From NCBI GenBank assembly GCA_965261635.1, contig OZ253463.1:353164-417163 (forward strand): a stretch of 64,000 nt of DNA. Reading direction: 5' to 3'. Every line of letters starts with the position of its first letter. Positions within the stretch are counted from its first letter, which is position 1. The notes under the pieces are model-generated. The model did not search any database. It saw only the letters and a program-made list of their open reading frames with translations, and was not told the origin of the DNA. The translations under genes were made by a program, and so were the position numbers. Below are positions 1 to 9,727 of the stretch, in pieces. The stretch is from Chloroflexota bacterium. GTDB lineage: Bacteria > Chloroflexota > UBA11872 > VXOZ01.

Positions 1-14
1 TGCAATCAGTGTAG

Positions 15-626
15 TCATTCTTCGCCCCTCTCTTCTGCCCAGGACTGTCCCCAAGCGTCGCTGAATACAAATGCGCTTAGCGGCTTGCGTTCGCGGGGTT
101 GGAGTTCCCGTGCCTTCGTCTCTTCCGGCAATTCCTCAGGATCACCCGGATAACCCACAGCAATTGCGGTGAGCGCTTCGTAGCCCTCCGGAATACCGAA
201 AGTCTCACGTGCTCTGTCCGGAAAGAATCCCGCCATTTGGTGTGCAACCAGCCCCAACGCCACCGCTTGGAGAACGAGATTCTCATTGGCCAGACCCACG
301 TCGTGAAAAGCGTGGCGGTTGGGCCCGCGCTCCGGCGACATGGATAGCTGTGCTACCGCAATGATCAGCACCGGCGCGTGCTGCGCCCATTGGATATTCT
401 GGGGGCGCAAGCAATTCAGGAGCCGCGCGAACGCCGCCTCATCGTCTTTGGCGGCAACGATGTAGTGCCAGGGCTGTCCATTAAACGATGACGGCGCCCA
501 GCGCGCAGCCTCGAAGAGGCTCGCGAGCTTCCCTGCCTCCACCGGACGCGCCGCAAAGGCCCGCGGACTCCAGCGCCGTCGGATCAAGTCATGTATCGGA
601 TGGTCTGTAATCGCCGGTTTCTCCAT
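15..626 (-). CDS. Nitroreductase family protein
   Basis: The 203-aa ORF has a typical nitroreductase fold signature (RRSxRAF N-terminus, conserved G-P-N and dimer-interface residues). Confidence 0.8.
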   Translation of the reverse strand: MEKPAITDHPIHDLIRRRWSPRAFAARPVEAGKLASLFEAARWAPSSFNGQPWHYIVAAKDDEAAFARLLNCLRPQNIQWAQHAPVLIIAVAQLSMSPERGPNRHAFHDVGLANENLVLQAVALGLVAHQMAGFFPDRARETFGIPEGYEALTAIAVGYPGDPEELPEETKARELQPRERKPLSAFVFSDAWGQSWAEERGEE

Positions 627-905
627 GAAATAACTACCTCGTGTGCTTACTCTTGGATCGGAGCGTTTTTACCATACCCTACTCGGTATTCGCCTGCCCT
701 CTGCACATAGGTTGATCGCTTTGCCAAGGATTGCTCCCTATGCCCAAGATGTCCCGGCAATCGCAGAAGTGTACCATTCTACAACTGCCAAGTTAGTTTC
801 GCAATTGCAGCGCATCTTCTCATGTACAAGCGAACGGGGTATCGTCCCGAGTGCGGGATTCTCCCCGTGGACCCAGGAGTGCGAGGATAGCATGCCAATT
901 GGCGC

Positions 906-1340
906 TCAGATTTGGTGGCACATGTGAATGAGCGGAGATTCGTAGTAGGTCGCCGCGCTGATACTCGCCAGCACTGTGCCGTCGCTCTGTTCCACAAACC
1001 AGATGACGTACGGTATGTGGAGGTCTCCCGCAAAACCCACCTCCCATACCGGACTTAGCGACCGAATCGAATACGCCGAGGTCAAGCGCGCATCGAAGCT
1101 ATCTTCGGCGAAGTCTTGTTGCAAGTTATCACGCGCCGTTCGACAAGAGGTGATGTGGGAGAGATGCGCCCGGACCGCCGCGATTGCTGCCTCTTCGGTA
1201 TCGACCGGCGTACCGGATCCGTCCTGCACACTAAGCTGCCCTCCTGACTCGGGGCCAGCGGAATCCAGGCCGCTGCCGCACGCAGCCAGGAGCAAGACTA
1301 GCAATGTAATCCATAGCACACGGGTCAAGCGTTGGGCCAC
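906..1340 (-). CDS. Hypothetical lipoprotein
   Basis: An internal in-frame GTG at 1340 precedes a hydrophobic stretch with a lipobox-like LLAAC|GS. The longer 192-aa ORF reaching 1484 would place the signal peptide internally, so the shorter start is preferred. Confidence 0.4.
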   Translation of the reverse strand: MAQRLTRVLWITLLVLLLAACGSGLDSAGPESGGQLSVQDGSGTPVDTEEAAIAAVRAHLSHITSCRTARDNLQQDFAEDSFDARLTSAYSIRSLSPVWEVGFAGDLHIPYVIWFVEQSDGTVLASISAATYYESPLIHMCHQI

Positions 1341-1708
1341 TTCATGCACGGCGCTTCTCCAATTTCTCTTGCTTCCCGTTTTGTAGTGCGTTTCTGCAGT
1401 GTAGAGTGCGTGGCCAGCACTCTCTATTGCGGCGAAAAGCAAGACCGCGTCTTGAAAGGCTGGTATGCTTATGGGAACGCGCAAGAGCCTTTTATCGGTT
1501 CACCGCTATTGTCGCATGAAGAGCCGATGCGCCTCTAGTGGATTGCGTGGAAGCGGAGTAGGTTGACGAAGTCCAGGTGGCATGCCGGGACGCGAAATCT
1601 CCCAACTCTTGCAGGCAGAAGGGGTTGCCTAGAGTGCTCGAAATGTACTATTTTAGGTGTATAGATACGTAGAATTCAAGCACTTTCGATGACAAGGAAC
1701 AGTACGCC

Positions 1709-2677
1709 ATGGCCGGCTTGACGCAAGCGCAACTCAATCAGCTCGATGAGCAAGGATACGTGGTCGTAGACAACGTGCTCAATCAGGAGCGCGACCTGGC
1801 GCCGGTGATGGCAGAATACGGCGACGTGCTGGACGGCATCGCCCGTGACCTCCACGCGGAGGGCGTCCTCGCCTCGACGTACGCCGACCTTCCGTTTGCC
1901 CAGCGTCTCATCCAAGTCTGCGACGAAAGCGGCCAACTCTTCACCCAGGCTTTCGACATCTCACTGCCGCAGAAAGCCGAGGGAGCCGACGCGCCCATGC
2001 ACACGGGGGAGGCCGTCTTCAATCTCCTCGTGAACCCGCGCCTGCTCGATTGCGCTGAGAGCATTCTGGGTCCTGAAGTTCTTTCTAACCCGATACAGCA
2101 CGTGCGGATGAAGTTGCCTCTCCACGCGGTGCACACGGAGGGGCCGTCCGGACTCGCTGGCGCCACGCCCTGGCACCAGGATAACGGCGTGGTGGTGGAA
2201 GAGGCGGATGAGACCGAGATGCTGACGGTGTGGCTGCCCTTGAACGATGCCACAATCGAGAATAGCTGCATGAACGTGGTGCCGTACTCGCACCGGGACG
2301 ACATGGCCGTACACTGCCCGGGCGTCGGCGGCCTCCGGATCCCGGAAAAGCTTGTGGACCTGGCGAATGCCGTGCCGCTGCCCATGCAGGCCGGCAGCGT
2401 TCTCTTTATGCACCGCAGGACCATGCACTGCTCCTACGACAATACAACCCAGGACGAGGTGCGCTGGAGTTTCGATCTACGCTACCAGCCCATCGGCCAA
2501 CCCACCGGTCGCCCGCTCTTCCCCGATTTTGTGGCCCGCAACCGGGCCAACCCAGAGTCGGAACTCCGTGACGCAGCCACGTGGGCTCAGCTTTGGGAAA
2601 ATGTCCGCCCTCGCTTGGCCGCTTCCTCCAAGGGGAACTTCAACCGCTGGTCCGCCGACCATCCCGTATGCGCTTAG
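1709..2677 (+). CDS. Phytanoyl-CoA dioxygenase (PhyH) family Fe(II)/2-oxoglutarate-dependent oxygenase, copy 1
   Basis: The 322-aa ORF is PhyH-like (HQDxxxxxE context, C-terminal RWSFDLRYQP). It is about 85% identical at protein level to the downstream paralog. Confidence 0.75.
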   Translation: MAGLTQAQLNQLDEQGYVVVDNVLNQERDLAPVMAEYGDVLDGIARDLHAEGVLASTYADLPFAQRLIQVCDESGQLFTQAFDISLPQKAEGADAPMHTGEAVFNLLVNPRLLDCAESILGPEVLSNPIQHVRMKLPLHAVHTEGPSGLAGATPWHQDNGVVVEEADETEMLTVWLPLNDATIENSCMNVVPYSHRDDMAVHCPGVGGLRIPEKLVDLANAVPLPMQAGSVLFMHRRTMHCSYDNTTQDEVRWSFDLRYQPIGQPTGRPLFPDFVARNRANPESELRDAATWAQLWENVRPRLAASSKGNFNRWSADHPVCA

Positions 2678-2891
2678 GTAGTTTGACTGGCGTGCGGACG
2701 TTCTTAACGGCGGTTTCTGTATTTACGTGATCTGGGCGTAGAGCGGGGGCTTCTTCCCCGCTCCCAACGAGGGCCGCGCAACTCGTGAAGATGGATTCCT
2801 GCTTGCGCGGGAATTGTAGGTGTCAGGTAATTCGTTGACAGATTTTCAATAAAGAGAAGATAAGCAACGCGTCGTGCATGCCTTGTACACA

Positions 2892-3019
2892 TGTCATTCC
2901 GAACGGAGCGCAGCGCAGAGAGAAATCTAAAGTGCTGAGCCTATTGGACTTGGTGCGACACGGACTCCAGATTCCTCCCCGTGTTTCGCACGGGGCCGCT
3001 GCCCGCTCGGAATGACACA
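2892..3019. repeat. MITE-like element with terminal inverted repeats TGTCATTCCGA...TCGGAATGACA, copy 1
   Basis: Perfect ~11-bp TIRs flank an internal inverted repeat (gagaaatct...agattcctc) and the hairpin ccccgtgtttcgcacgggg. A second copy lies at 22662-22768 and a terminal fragment at 12893-12909. Confidence 0.55.
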
Positions 3020-3284
3020 ATCGGTCAACACTGCCTGGTGGAAAGCGAATTCTGTCAACGAATTTTTCAACATTTACAGGAATGACGATAGCGTTAGTCC
3101 GATTCGCGTCTTGGGTATCACTACCAATTGTTGCTAATGCAGGTACCGTAGCGTGGGGGCTTGCCTAGAATGCTCCGGATGTATTATTTTGGTACAAGAC
3201 AGGGAGAAGAATGCGAATAGATTCGGATTTGGCATCTATCGCAATTTCATACGGTTCACTGTGGAAGATTAGGAGCAGCAAGAA

Positions 3285-4256
3285 ATGGCCGGCTTGACGC
3301 GAGTACAGCTCGATCACCTCGATGAACAAGGGTACGTGGTCGTAGACAACGTCCTCGATCCGGAGGAAGACCTAGCGCCGGTGATAGCGGAATACGCCGA
3401 CGTGCTGGACGGCATCGCCCGTGACCTCCATGCGGAGGGCGTCCTTGCCTCGACGTACGCAGACTTACCGTTTGATCAACGCCTCATTCAAGTATGTGAT
3501 GAGAGCGGCCAAATCTTCACCCAGGCATTCGACATCTCACTGCCGCAGAAAGCCGAGGGAGCCGACGCTCCCATGCACACGGGCGAGGCCGTCTTCAATC
3601 TGCTCGTGAACTCTCGTCTGCTTGACTGCGCCGAGAGCATTCTGGGGCCTGAGATTCTCTCCAACCCCGTACAGCATGTCCGCATGAAGCTGCCGCGTCA
3701 CGTCGTCCACGTGAAGAATCCTTCTAACCTCGCCGTAGCCGTGCCCTGGCACCAGGACAACGGCGTGGTGGTGGAAGAGGCGGACGAGACCGAGATGCTG
3801 ACGGTGTGGCTGCCCTTGAACGATGCCACCATCGAGAATAGCTGCATGAACGTCGTGCCCTACTCGCACCGGGACGACGAACTCGCAGTACACTGCCCGG
3901 GCGTCGGCGGCGTCTGGATACCGGAAAAGCTTGTGGACATTGCGAACGCCGTGCCGCTGCCCATGCAGGCGGGAAGCATTCTGCTCATGCACAGCAAGAC
4001 CATGCACTGCTCGTACGACAATAAGACCCAGGACGAGGTGCGCTGGAGCTTCGACCTGCGCTACCAGCCGATCGGTCAACCCACCGGTCGCCCAGTCTTC
4101 CCCGGGTTCGCGGCCCGCAGCCGCGCCAATCCTGAGTTAGAACTCCGCGATTCCACAACGTGGACCCAAATGTGGGAGGACGCCCGCCCGAAACTGGCCG
4201 TCTCTTCTACCGAGAACTTCAACCGCTGGTCCGCCGACCATCCGGTGTGTGCCTAA
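3285..4256 (+). CDS. PhyH family Fe(II)/2OG oxygenase, copy 2 (tandem paralog)
   Basis: The 323-aa ORF is collinear with copy 1. Its upstream ~80 bp and the downstream REP elements are duplicated as well. Confidence 0.75.
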   Translation: MAGLTRVQLDHLDEQGYVVVDNVLDPEEDLAPVIAEYADVLDGIARDLHAEGVLASTYADLPFDQRLIQVCDESGQIFTQAFDISLPQKAEGADAPMHTGEAVFNLLVNSRLLDCAESILGPEILSNPVQHVRMKLPRHVVHVKNPSNLAVAVPWHQDNGVVVEEADETEMLTVWLPLNDATIENSCMNVVPYSHRDDELAVHCPGVGGVWIPEKLVDIANAVPLPMQAGSILLMHSKTMHCSYDNKTQDEVRWSFDLRYQPIGQPTGRPVFPGFAARSRANPELELRDSTTWTQMWEDARPKLAVSSTENFNRWSADHPVCA

Positions 4257-4847
4257 GCAGGTTGGCGCTTACCTAGGGGCTCTTGCCGTATGGGACCGCG
4301 CATTCGCGGTTAGAAAATCCGCAGCGCGGAGGCTCGTCCCCCGGTTGAGACGCAAACTACGCAGTGTAGGAAGTTGGATTACCGCTTGCGCGGGAATAAA
4401 GGCATTGGATGCACGTGATTCTTGGCATTCACGCCACCCCAATATGCCTATTCCGCATCTGTAGCGCGGGGGCTTCTCCCCCGCTCCGGACCCGGACGCA
4501 AATCACGCGGCGCATGGAAGTTAGATTACCGCTTGCGCGGGAGTGACGAGCTTGTGCACACGGTTGGGAATGATGGCATCGGGCGCATCCGTCTGTCGGA
4601 TCTCATCACCATTAATTAGCGCGCACTCCGCAAGCGCATACGCCGTGCGTTTCCCGGTGCCTCGTCCCCGGCTCTGCGAATTCCTCATGCGGCCAAAGAC
4701 TTTGGATTCCGGGTCTGGGAAGCCATAGTATACACTTTGGGTAGCAGAATCATCCCCTCTCCCCGTGTGAGAGGGCTAGGGTGAGGGCAACAACAGCTTT
4801 CCGTGTCCTCTTCCTCCATGCACACCACGCTACGGGAGTAATACGCA

Positions 4848-5990
4848 ATGAAGATCACGTCTGTCGAGACCTTTGCCGCGCCGATCACATCGCGCGACGT
4901 GCTTATAGTGAAAATAAACACCTCCGAAGGCATCAGCGGCATTGGCGAAGCGTATCCGGTGGGGCCAAATCAGGCAGTGGCGGCCGCGATCGCTGATTTC
5001 GCCGACTGGATCGTGGGCAAAGATCCCCGCGACATCAACGGCATTTGGTACCATATGTACCTGCACTCGCGCTTTCCGGGCGGCTCTGTGATCAACGCCG
5101 CTATTAGCGGCATCGACCATGCCCTATGGGACATCAGCGGCAAGGCGGCCGGGCAGCCGGTGTACCGCATGCTCGGCGGCAAGTGCCGCGACCGCATTCG
5201 CGTGTACCAGGGTTGCGGCGGGCCGACACCGGAAGCCTGCGCGGAGAGCGCGAAAGCGCTCGTCGAGAAATACGGCTACACAGCGCTCAAGATGGCGCCG
5301 CATCCGCCGAACGCGAGCCAGATGTCTTGGAATGCCGTGGTAGCTGCGGCCGGTGATCGCATCGCGGCAGTGCGGGAAGCCGTGGGCCCGGACGTGGACA
5401 TTGGGCTCGATCCCCACGCCCGCATCTTCGAGCCGGCCCGCGCCCTGGAGATGGCGGCAGCAGTCGCGCCTTCCCAGCCGTTTTTCTTCGAGGAGCCGCT
5501 GCGCCCTGAGAACATCGATGCCCTCGCGTGGTTTGCGCAGAAGTCGCCGGTGCCCGTTGCCACGGGCGAGATGCTCTACACGTCGTTCGGCTTCCGTGAG
5601 CTTCTGGAAAAGCAGGCCGCGACTATAATCCAGCCGGACATTTGTGTCTGCGGCGGCCTGACCGAGATGCGCAAGATTGCCGCGCTCGCCGAAGCGCACT
5701 ACGTCAAAGTTGCGCCGCACAATCCGCTGGGGCCGGTAGCGACTGCCGTAAACGTCCACTTTGCCGCGGCGACACATAATTTCATCATCTTGGAGTACCA
5801 CGCCGACGACGAGTCGCCGCGCCGCGACATGCTAGAGGAGCCGGTCAAGCTTAAGGACGGTTACCTGGAGATTCCCGAAACTCCCGGCTGGGGCATTACG
5901 TTGAATGAGGATTACGTTCGCGACCGGCCCATCCGCTCCTGGCACCGCCCGTTCGACGTGAACCCCGACGGTTCTACGGCGTTCATCTAG
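4848..5990 (+). CDS. Enolase-superfamily enzyme (mandelate racemase/muconate lactonizing family; sugar-acid dehydratase-like)
   Basis: The 380-aa ORF has the MR/MLE N-terminal capping domain and C-terminal barrel with metal-ligand acidic residues (the QPD...E...D pattern). Confidence 0.8.
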   Translation: MKITSVETFAAPITSRDVLIVKINTSEGISGIGEAYPVGPNQAVAAAIADFADWIVGKDPRDINGIWYHMYLHSRFPGGSVINAAISGIDHALWDISGKAAGQPVYRMLGGKCRDRIRVYQGCGGPTPEACAESAKALVEKYGYTALKMAPHPPNASQMSWNAVVAAAGDRIAAVREAVGPDVDIGLDPHARIFEPARALEMAAAVAPSQPFFFEEPLRPENIDALAWFAQKSPVPVATGEMLYTSFGFRELLEKQAATIIQPDICVCGGLTEMRKIAALAEAHYVKVAPHNPLGPVATAVNVHFAAATHNFIILEYHADDESPRRDMLEEPVKLKDGYLEIPETPGWGITLNEDYVRDRPIRSWHRPFDVNPDGSTAFI

Positions 5991-6045
5991 GCCGGCCTGC
6001 AAACCCTATGCAGACGGGTGCCAGCGTCCACTTGAGGAAAGGAAT

Positions 6046-6324
6046 CTAGCGCGGGGTTAGCGTGTGGACAAGGACACGTGGGTGTTCGGCAAGCCAGTCA
6101 CTGAGCGGGGGCCTCACTTCTTCTTCCGACAGAGCGCTGTCACCAAAGAGAGAAATCAGATTGCACGCTCGTGCCCACAGTCTGGCATCATAAGACTGAT
6201 GCGGTGTATCGGCGAAGTACGCAGTCTTGGACAGTAGCCACGCAGACAGCGCCTGTAAAGAGAGTGCCTCGTCAAGATAGGCTTGCACCCTTTCGCCAAC
6301 TGTCTCAGGTGAATTCACATTCAT
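6046..6324 (-). CDS. Hypothetical small protein
   Basis: A 92-aa ORF in a short region of ambiguous coding, overlapped by an opposite-strand ORF (6171-6662). I recognise no family. Confidence 0.2.
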   Translation of the reverse strand: MNVNSPETVGERVQAYLDEALSLQALSAWLLSKTAYFADTPHQSYDARLWARACNLISLFGDSALSEEEVRPPLSDWLAEHPRVLVHTLTPR

Positions 6325-6782
6325 GCCTACTACCCGCCTGGATGAACCTGACCGTTTCGTGTCAAAGGCTGAAATCCGACTTCACTTTAATACTGCGTTT
6401 ATACCAGAAAGCTGCAACAGGTGAATTGGTCGCGATAGTGCGAGATGAACACCTAGCTCCAAGAGCCGCTCGCCAGCCTGCAGACACCGTTACTCAAATG
6501 GTAATCTACTACGACGACCTACAAAGTGGAAATCTTCGTCCGGTTGCGCTCGTCCATCAGTACTTGCAGCCGGATGGGAAAATCGGCGGCAGTGGCCGAC
6601 CGGACCCGAAATGGCTGCGACTTCCCGATGGCTCGATTATTGCGGCAACGGAGTCTTCGTGAAGTGTCCGTTCGACCGCTTAGGTTAGTAGGGCGGGGCC
6701 TTGTGCCCCGCCTACGCGGTATCGTTCACCTACGCAATGCAACCGCATTCCGTGTTCGTGAGTGCGTTAGCGAGGCCACCTG

Positions 6783-7532
6783 CTAGTACGTCGCGCGGCC
6801 GCCGCTGAGATCGAAGACGGCGCCGGTGCTAAACGAGCACTCAGCCGACGCCAGCCAGGCCGCCAGCGCGGCTACCTCGGCAATTTCGCCGCTGCGCTTC
6901 ATGGGAATGCGCGCCAGCAGCATGTCCATCTGCGCCGGCGTGGTCTGCTCCCAAATCGGGGTACGGACGACCGCCGGCGTGATGCAGTTTACGCGAATGC
7001 CGGTCTCCGCCAGCTCCTTGCCGAGTGATTTTGTAAGGCCAATTATTGCGGCCTTAGTTGCTGAGTACGGCACCATGTTGGGGTTGCCCTCTTTGCCCGC
7101 AATCGACGCCATGTTCACGATGCGGCCGTAGTCCCGGGCGAGCATGTGGAGAATCGCCTGCTGGCAGAATAGATACGTACCGCGCAGATTCACCCCATAG
7201 ACGCGGTCCAACTCGCTCACCGGCAGTTCCCACAGCGGCGCCGTTTGGCCGATGATGCCGGTGTTGTTTACGAGTATATTGATGCGGTCCCACGCCGCCA
7301 TTGCCTGGTCAACAGCGCGTTCAGCCGTCGACTCCTCTGCGGTGTCACCGCAAACAGCCAGCGCGGTTATGCCCTGCGTGGTGAGCGTTGCCGCGGCCCG
7401 GTCTGCTGTAGAACCGTCAATGTCTGTGATGAGCACCTTTGCACCCTCGCTCCCGAGCCGCTCCGCTATGCCCAAGCCAATGCCGCTGCCAGCGCCGGTG
7501 ACTATTGCTACTTGATCTTCAAATCGCCCCAC
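6783..7532 (-). CDS. SDR family NAD(P)-dependent oxidoreductase
   Basis: TGAGSGIG glycine-rich motif, NNAG, and an S...YxxxK catalytic tetrad. Confidence 0.85.
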   Translation of the reverse strand: MGRFEDQVAIVTGAGSGIGLGIAERLGSEGAKVLITDIDGSTADRAAATLTTQGITALAVCGDTAEESTAERAVDQAMAAWDRINILVNNTGIIGQTAPLWELPVSELDRVYGVNLRGTYLFCQQAILHMLARDYGRIVNMASIAGKEGNPNMVPYSATKAAIIGLTKSLGKELAETGIRVNCITPAVVRTPIWEQTTPAQMDMLLARIPMKRSGEIAEVAALAAWLASAECSFSTGAVFDLSGGRATY

Positions 7533-7744
7533 GTGCTTATTCCTTCCTGTAAACCCCTACCGTAACTTCGCCGTAATCCGCCCGATTCGCCACACCCCTT
7601 CTGTGCCGTCTCCCCCGTCCAATATTGTAGCGAAGGCGAGCACGGCATTCCCATTCCCACCAATGTCTTTGACTCAGAGGCATGATTAGTCAAAGGGGCG
7701 TCTTTTCACCAAGCGGAGACATTTACAAGACACAATGTGCCGAA

Positions 7745-8030
7745 AAGTCCGTTCATGCTGAAACCGCTTCACCAATTTCCCACTGGACCGTTCGCGCTAA
7801 GGCCGCCTCGCTAAGTCTCCGGTAGTCCGTTCGTGCTGAAACCACTTCACCACGTTCCCACTGGACCGTTCGTGCTGAGGCCGCTACGCTAGGTTTCCGC
7901 TAGTCCGTCCGTGCCGAGGCCGCTACGCCAAGTTTCCGCTGGACCGTTCGTGCTAAGGCCGCCACGCTAAGTCTCCGCTAGTCCGTTCGTGCTGAGCTTG
8001 TCGAAGCATGAACGGACGGCTTTGTACACT
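7745..8030. repeat. Tandem array of ~40-bp degenerate repeats of the CGTTCGTGCTGAG...GTCGAAG REP family
   Basis: About 7 head-to-tail units each begin GTTCGTGCTGAGG/AAGGCCGC. The units are contiguous with no unique spacers, so this is not CRISPR. Confidence 0.6.
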
Positions 8031-8361
8031 CGTCACATTCGAGTAAGGCATAACGCGGCGCCAAACTTGTAACCAGCGTACACCGCATGGCCGACGAACG
8101 AGCCGTCGTACGTGATCGCATGTCATGGCCGCAGGTTTCAAACCTGCGCTACTGGAAATAGCGGGCATGGCAGTTTTCGGTTCCCTGTCGCCGTGGACAA
8201 TGTGAGGGAACTAGCATGCCGCTCTGCCTGTCGCTCTTGATGGCAAGGAATTAAGGGCTCTCGTGGGACGGACAATTGCAGAGCACGGCACCGCGCCAAC
8301 AGTTGACGCGAGTCAGAGCAGCTTAGTACCATGAAATTGGTCGCGCATGCGGCGACCGCTT

Positions 8362-8436
8362 TGGGGAATCGTCTAATGGTAGGACAGTGGATTCTGGATC
8401 CATAAGTCCAGGTTCGAATCCTGGTTCCCCAGCCAC
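8362..8436 (+). tRNA. tRNA-Gln (anticodon CTG)
   Basis: Cloverleaf with a 7-bp acceptor stem TGGGGAA/TTCCCCA, anticodon loop TTCTGGA, T-arm GGTTCGAATCC, discriminator G and an encoded CCA. Close to canonical bacterial tRNA-Gln. Confidence 0.8.
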
Positions 8437-8745
8437 ATTTAAAGATCTTACGCCTAGTCCGGCGCCCGAGCAGCCATCATACCTTCCCTCGGCTCTAGCC
8501 CCTTCGGGAATGCCTTTCATTTAGATTCCAAATCTGCCGCCCAATATTCTTAGGCCGGTCTCCAGCTTGGAAAGGGAACGGCCTAACTACGTGGGTGTCA
8601 TGGAATCCACCTACGGTAATTCAACAACAGAGAATCGAGATGCGACTGATTCGCTGGAGACGTACCACTGGGTAAGGGAACACGGACACAAGAGACGCCG
8701 CACGAGCGTGCAGTCTCCATTCTTGAGACCCACATCAGAGAGAAC

Positions 8746-9651
8746 TTGGGCAGAAGCCTGCCAGCTACCGCAATGTGCAATGAATGTAGAGAAGAGCTAT
8801 CCATAAACCTAGTTGAGAATGCGGCAACTGTTGAAAGAAACAAGAGAGTAGGAACAGTTCGCCCCGATCTATCTGAATTTGATATGGAAGGGAAACCAGT
8901 CAGATTCATAGAGATAGTTGACAAGCACACCCCCGAAAGTAATGCCCACGAATTCGCAGTGGATAACAACATTGAGGTAGTTGAGTTCCACTTGAATGTG
9001 CAGCGAGAATTCGTTGGAGACAGACGCAACCGCGCTCTTGATGCCTCGCTAACCGTAAAGGCAAGGCTTGAGGATCTTGCCGCAAAGCGGTTAGATATCG
9101 ACGCACACAATTTGCTTTGCCAGCGATCTAAATGCGAAGTCTGCTCAACCCCGCTACCGCTGCGAACGATAGTTGTCAGTGTGAAAGACTGTTGGAAGTG
9201 TGACCAGAACGTCAGTGTTGCTATCGGTGACAAAGATGGCCAAGCCTTAGAGCAGGATGACTTCACCAACGACGAACTAGCATTCGCCCGGGCGCATGGT
9301 GTGACCCTAGAACGCAGATTCAGTGCCACTGTCGGAGCAAAATACTTGGCTAACGTGTGTACCAGTTGTGACCAGATACAAGGAAACTGGTATCTATACC
9401 AGGACCCATTTCACGACAGGTATAACCTGCCTAAGGCAGAGAAGAGAGCATACGGTCCATGCGACAAATGTGCAACACGGATTTGCTTGACCCACGGTGA
9501 TTTTCTTGACTACGACGGTGAAAGGGAATGCCCTCGCTGCATGGAAGAAGCGGAAAGAGTAATGTGCCCGCATAACCCAGAAAGGGAGTGCTTCTTCCCA
9601 AACAAGTGCAACGAAGGCGGGTGTTACTTCATGAACCGGGCGAGGTTCTAA
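8746..9651 (+). CDS. Hypothetical multi-zinc-ribbon (CxxC-rich) protein, possibly nuclease-like
   Basis: A 301-aa ORF in a lower-GC islet just downstream of tRNA-Gln. It has at least 7 CxxC/Cx4C pairs and an N-terminal acidic/His-containing segment (EIVDKH...HEF). The true start may be an internal Met. Confidence 0.5.
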   Translation: MGRSLPATAMCNECREELSINLVENAATVERNKRVGTVRPDLSEFDMEGKPVRFIEIVDKHTPESNAHEFAVDNNIEVVEFHLNVQREFVGDRRNRALDASLTVKARLEDLAAKRLDIDAHNLLCQRSKCEVCSTPLPLRTIVVSVKDCWKCDQNVSVAIGDKDGQALEQDDFTNDELAFARAHGVTLERRFSATVGAKYLANVCTSCDQIQGNWYLYQDPFHDRYNLPKAEKRAYGPCDKCATRICLTHGDFLDYDGERECPRCMEEAERVMCPHNPERECFFPNKCNEGGCYFMNRARF

Positions 9652-9727
9652 AGTCATGGCAATCCGGGAAGTGATGCGAAGAGCTACCAAGTCCGCGCTG
9701 TAAGGGCCGCGCTCAAGGAGGCCGGGA

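Noticed and set aside
5124-5801. 225-aa minus-strand ORF antisense to the enolase-superfamily gene, and similar long antisense ORFs (10234-10908, 11151-11786, 15388-16395, 18923-19660, 20339-21148, 21229-22527, 23865-25019, 26192-26851, 27496-28377, 28916-29767, 41913-43061, 44172-44903, 45360-46097, 52846-53547, 60779-61252)
   Set aside because: These are high-GC artefacts. Each lies entirely within a well-supported gene on the opposite strand, has an Arg/Ala/Gly/Pro-rich composition typical of antisense frames, and has no recognisable family.
6171-6662. 163-aa plus-strand ORF
   Set aside because: The first half is antisense to the 92-aa ORF. Only the last ~55 codons (from the ATG at 6498) look protein-like, which is too weak to call.
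7745-8030. Possible CRISPR array
   Set aside because: The units are contiguous degenerate ~40-bp repeats with no unique spacers, they belong to a dispersed REP family, and there are no cas genes.
9654-9701. 15-codon ORF upstream of hicB as a functional HicA toxin
   Set aside because: It is far too short to fold as HicA. It is noted only as a possible remnant.
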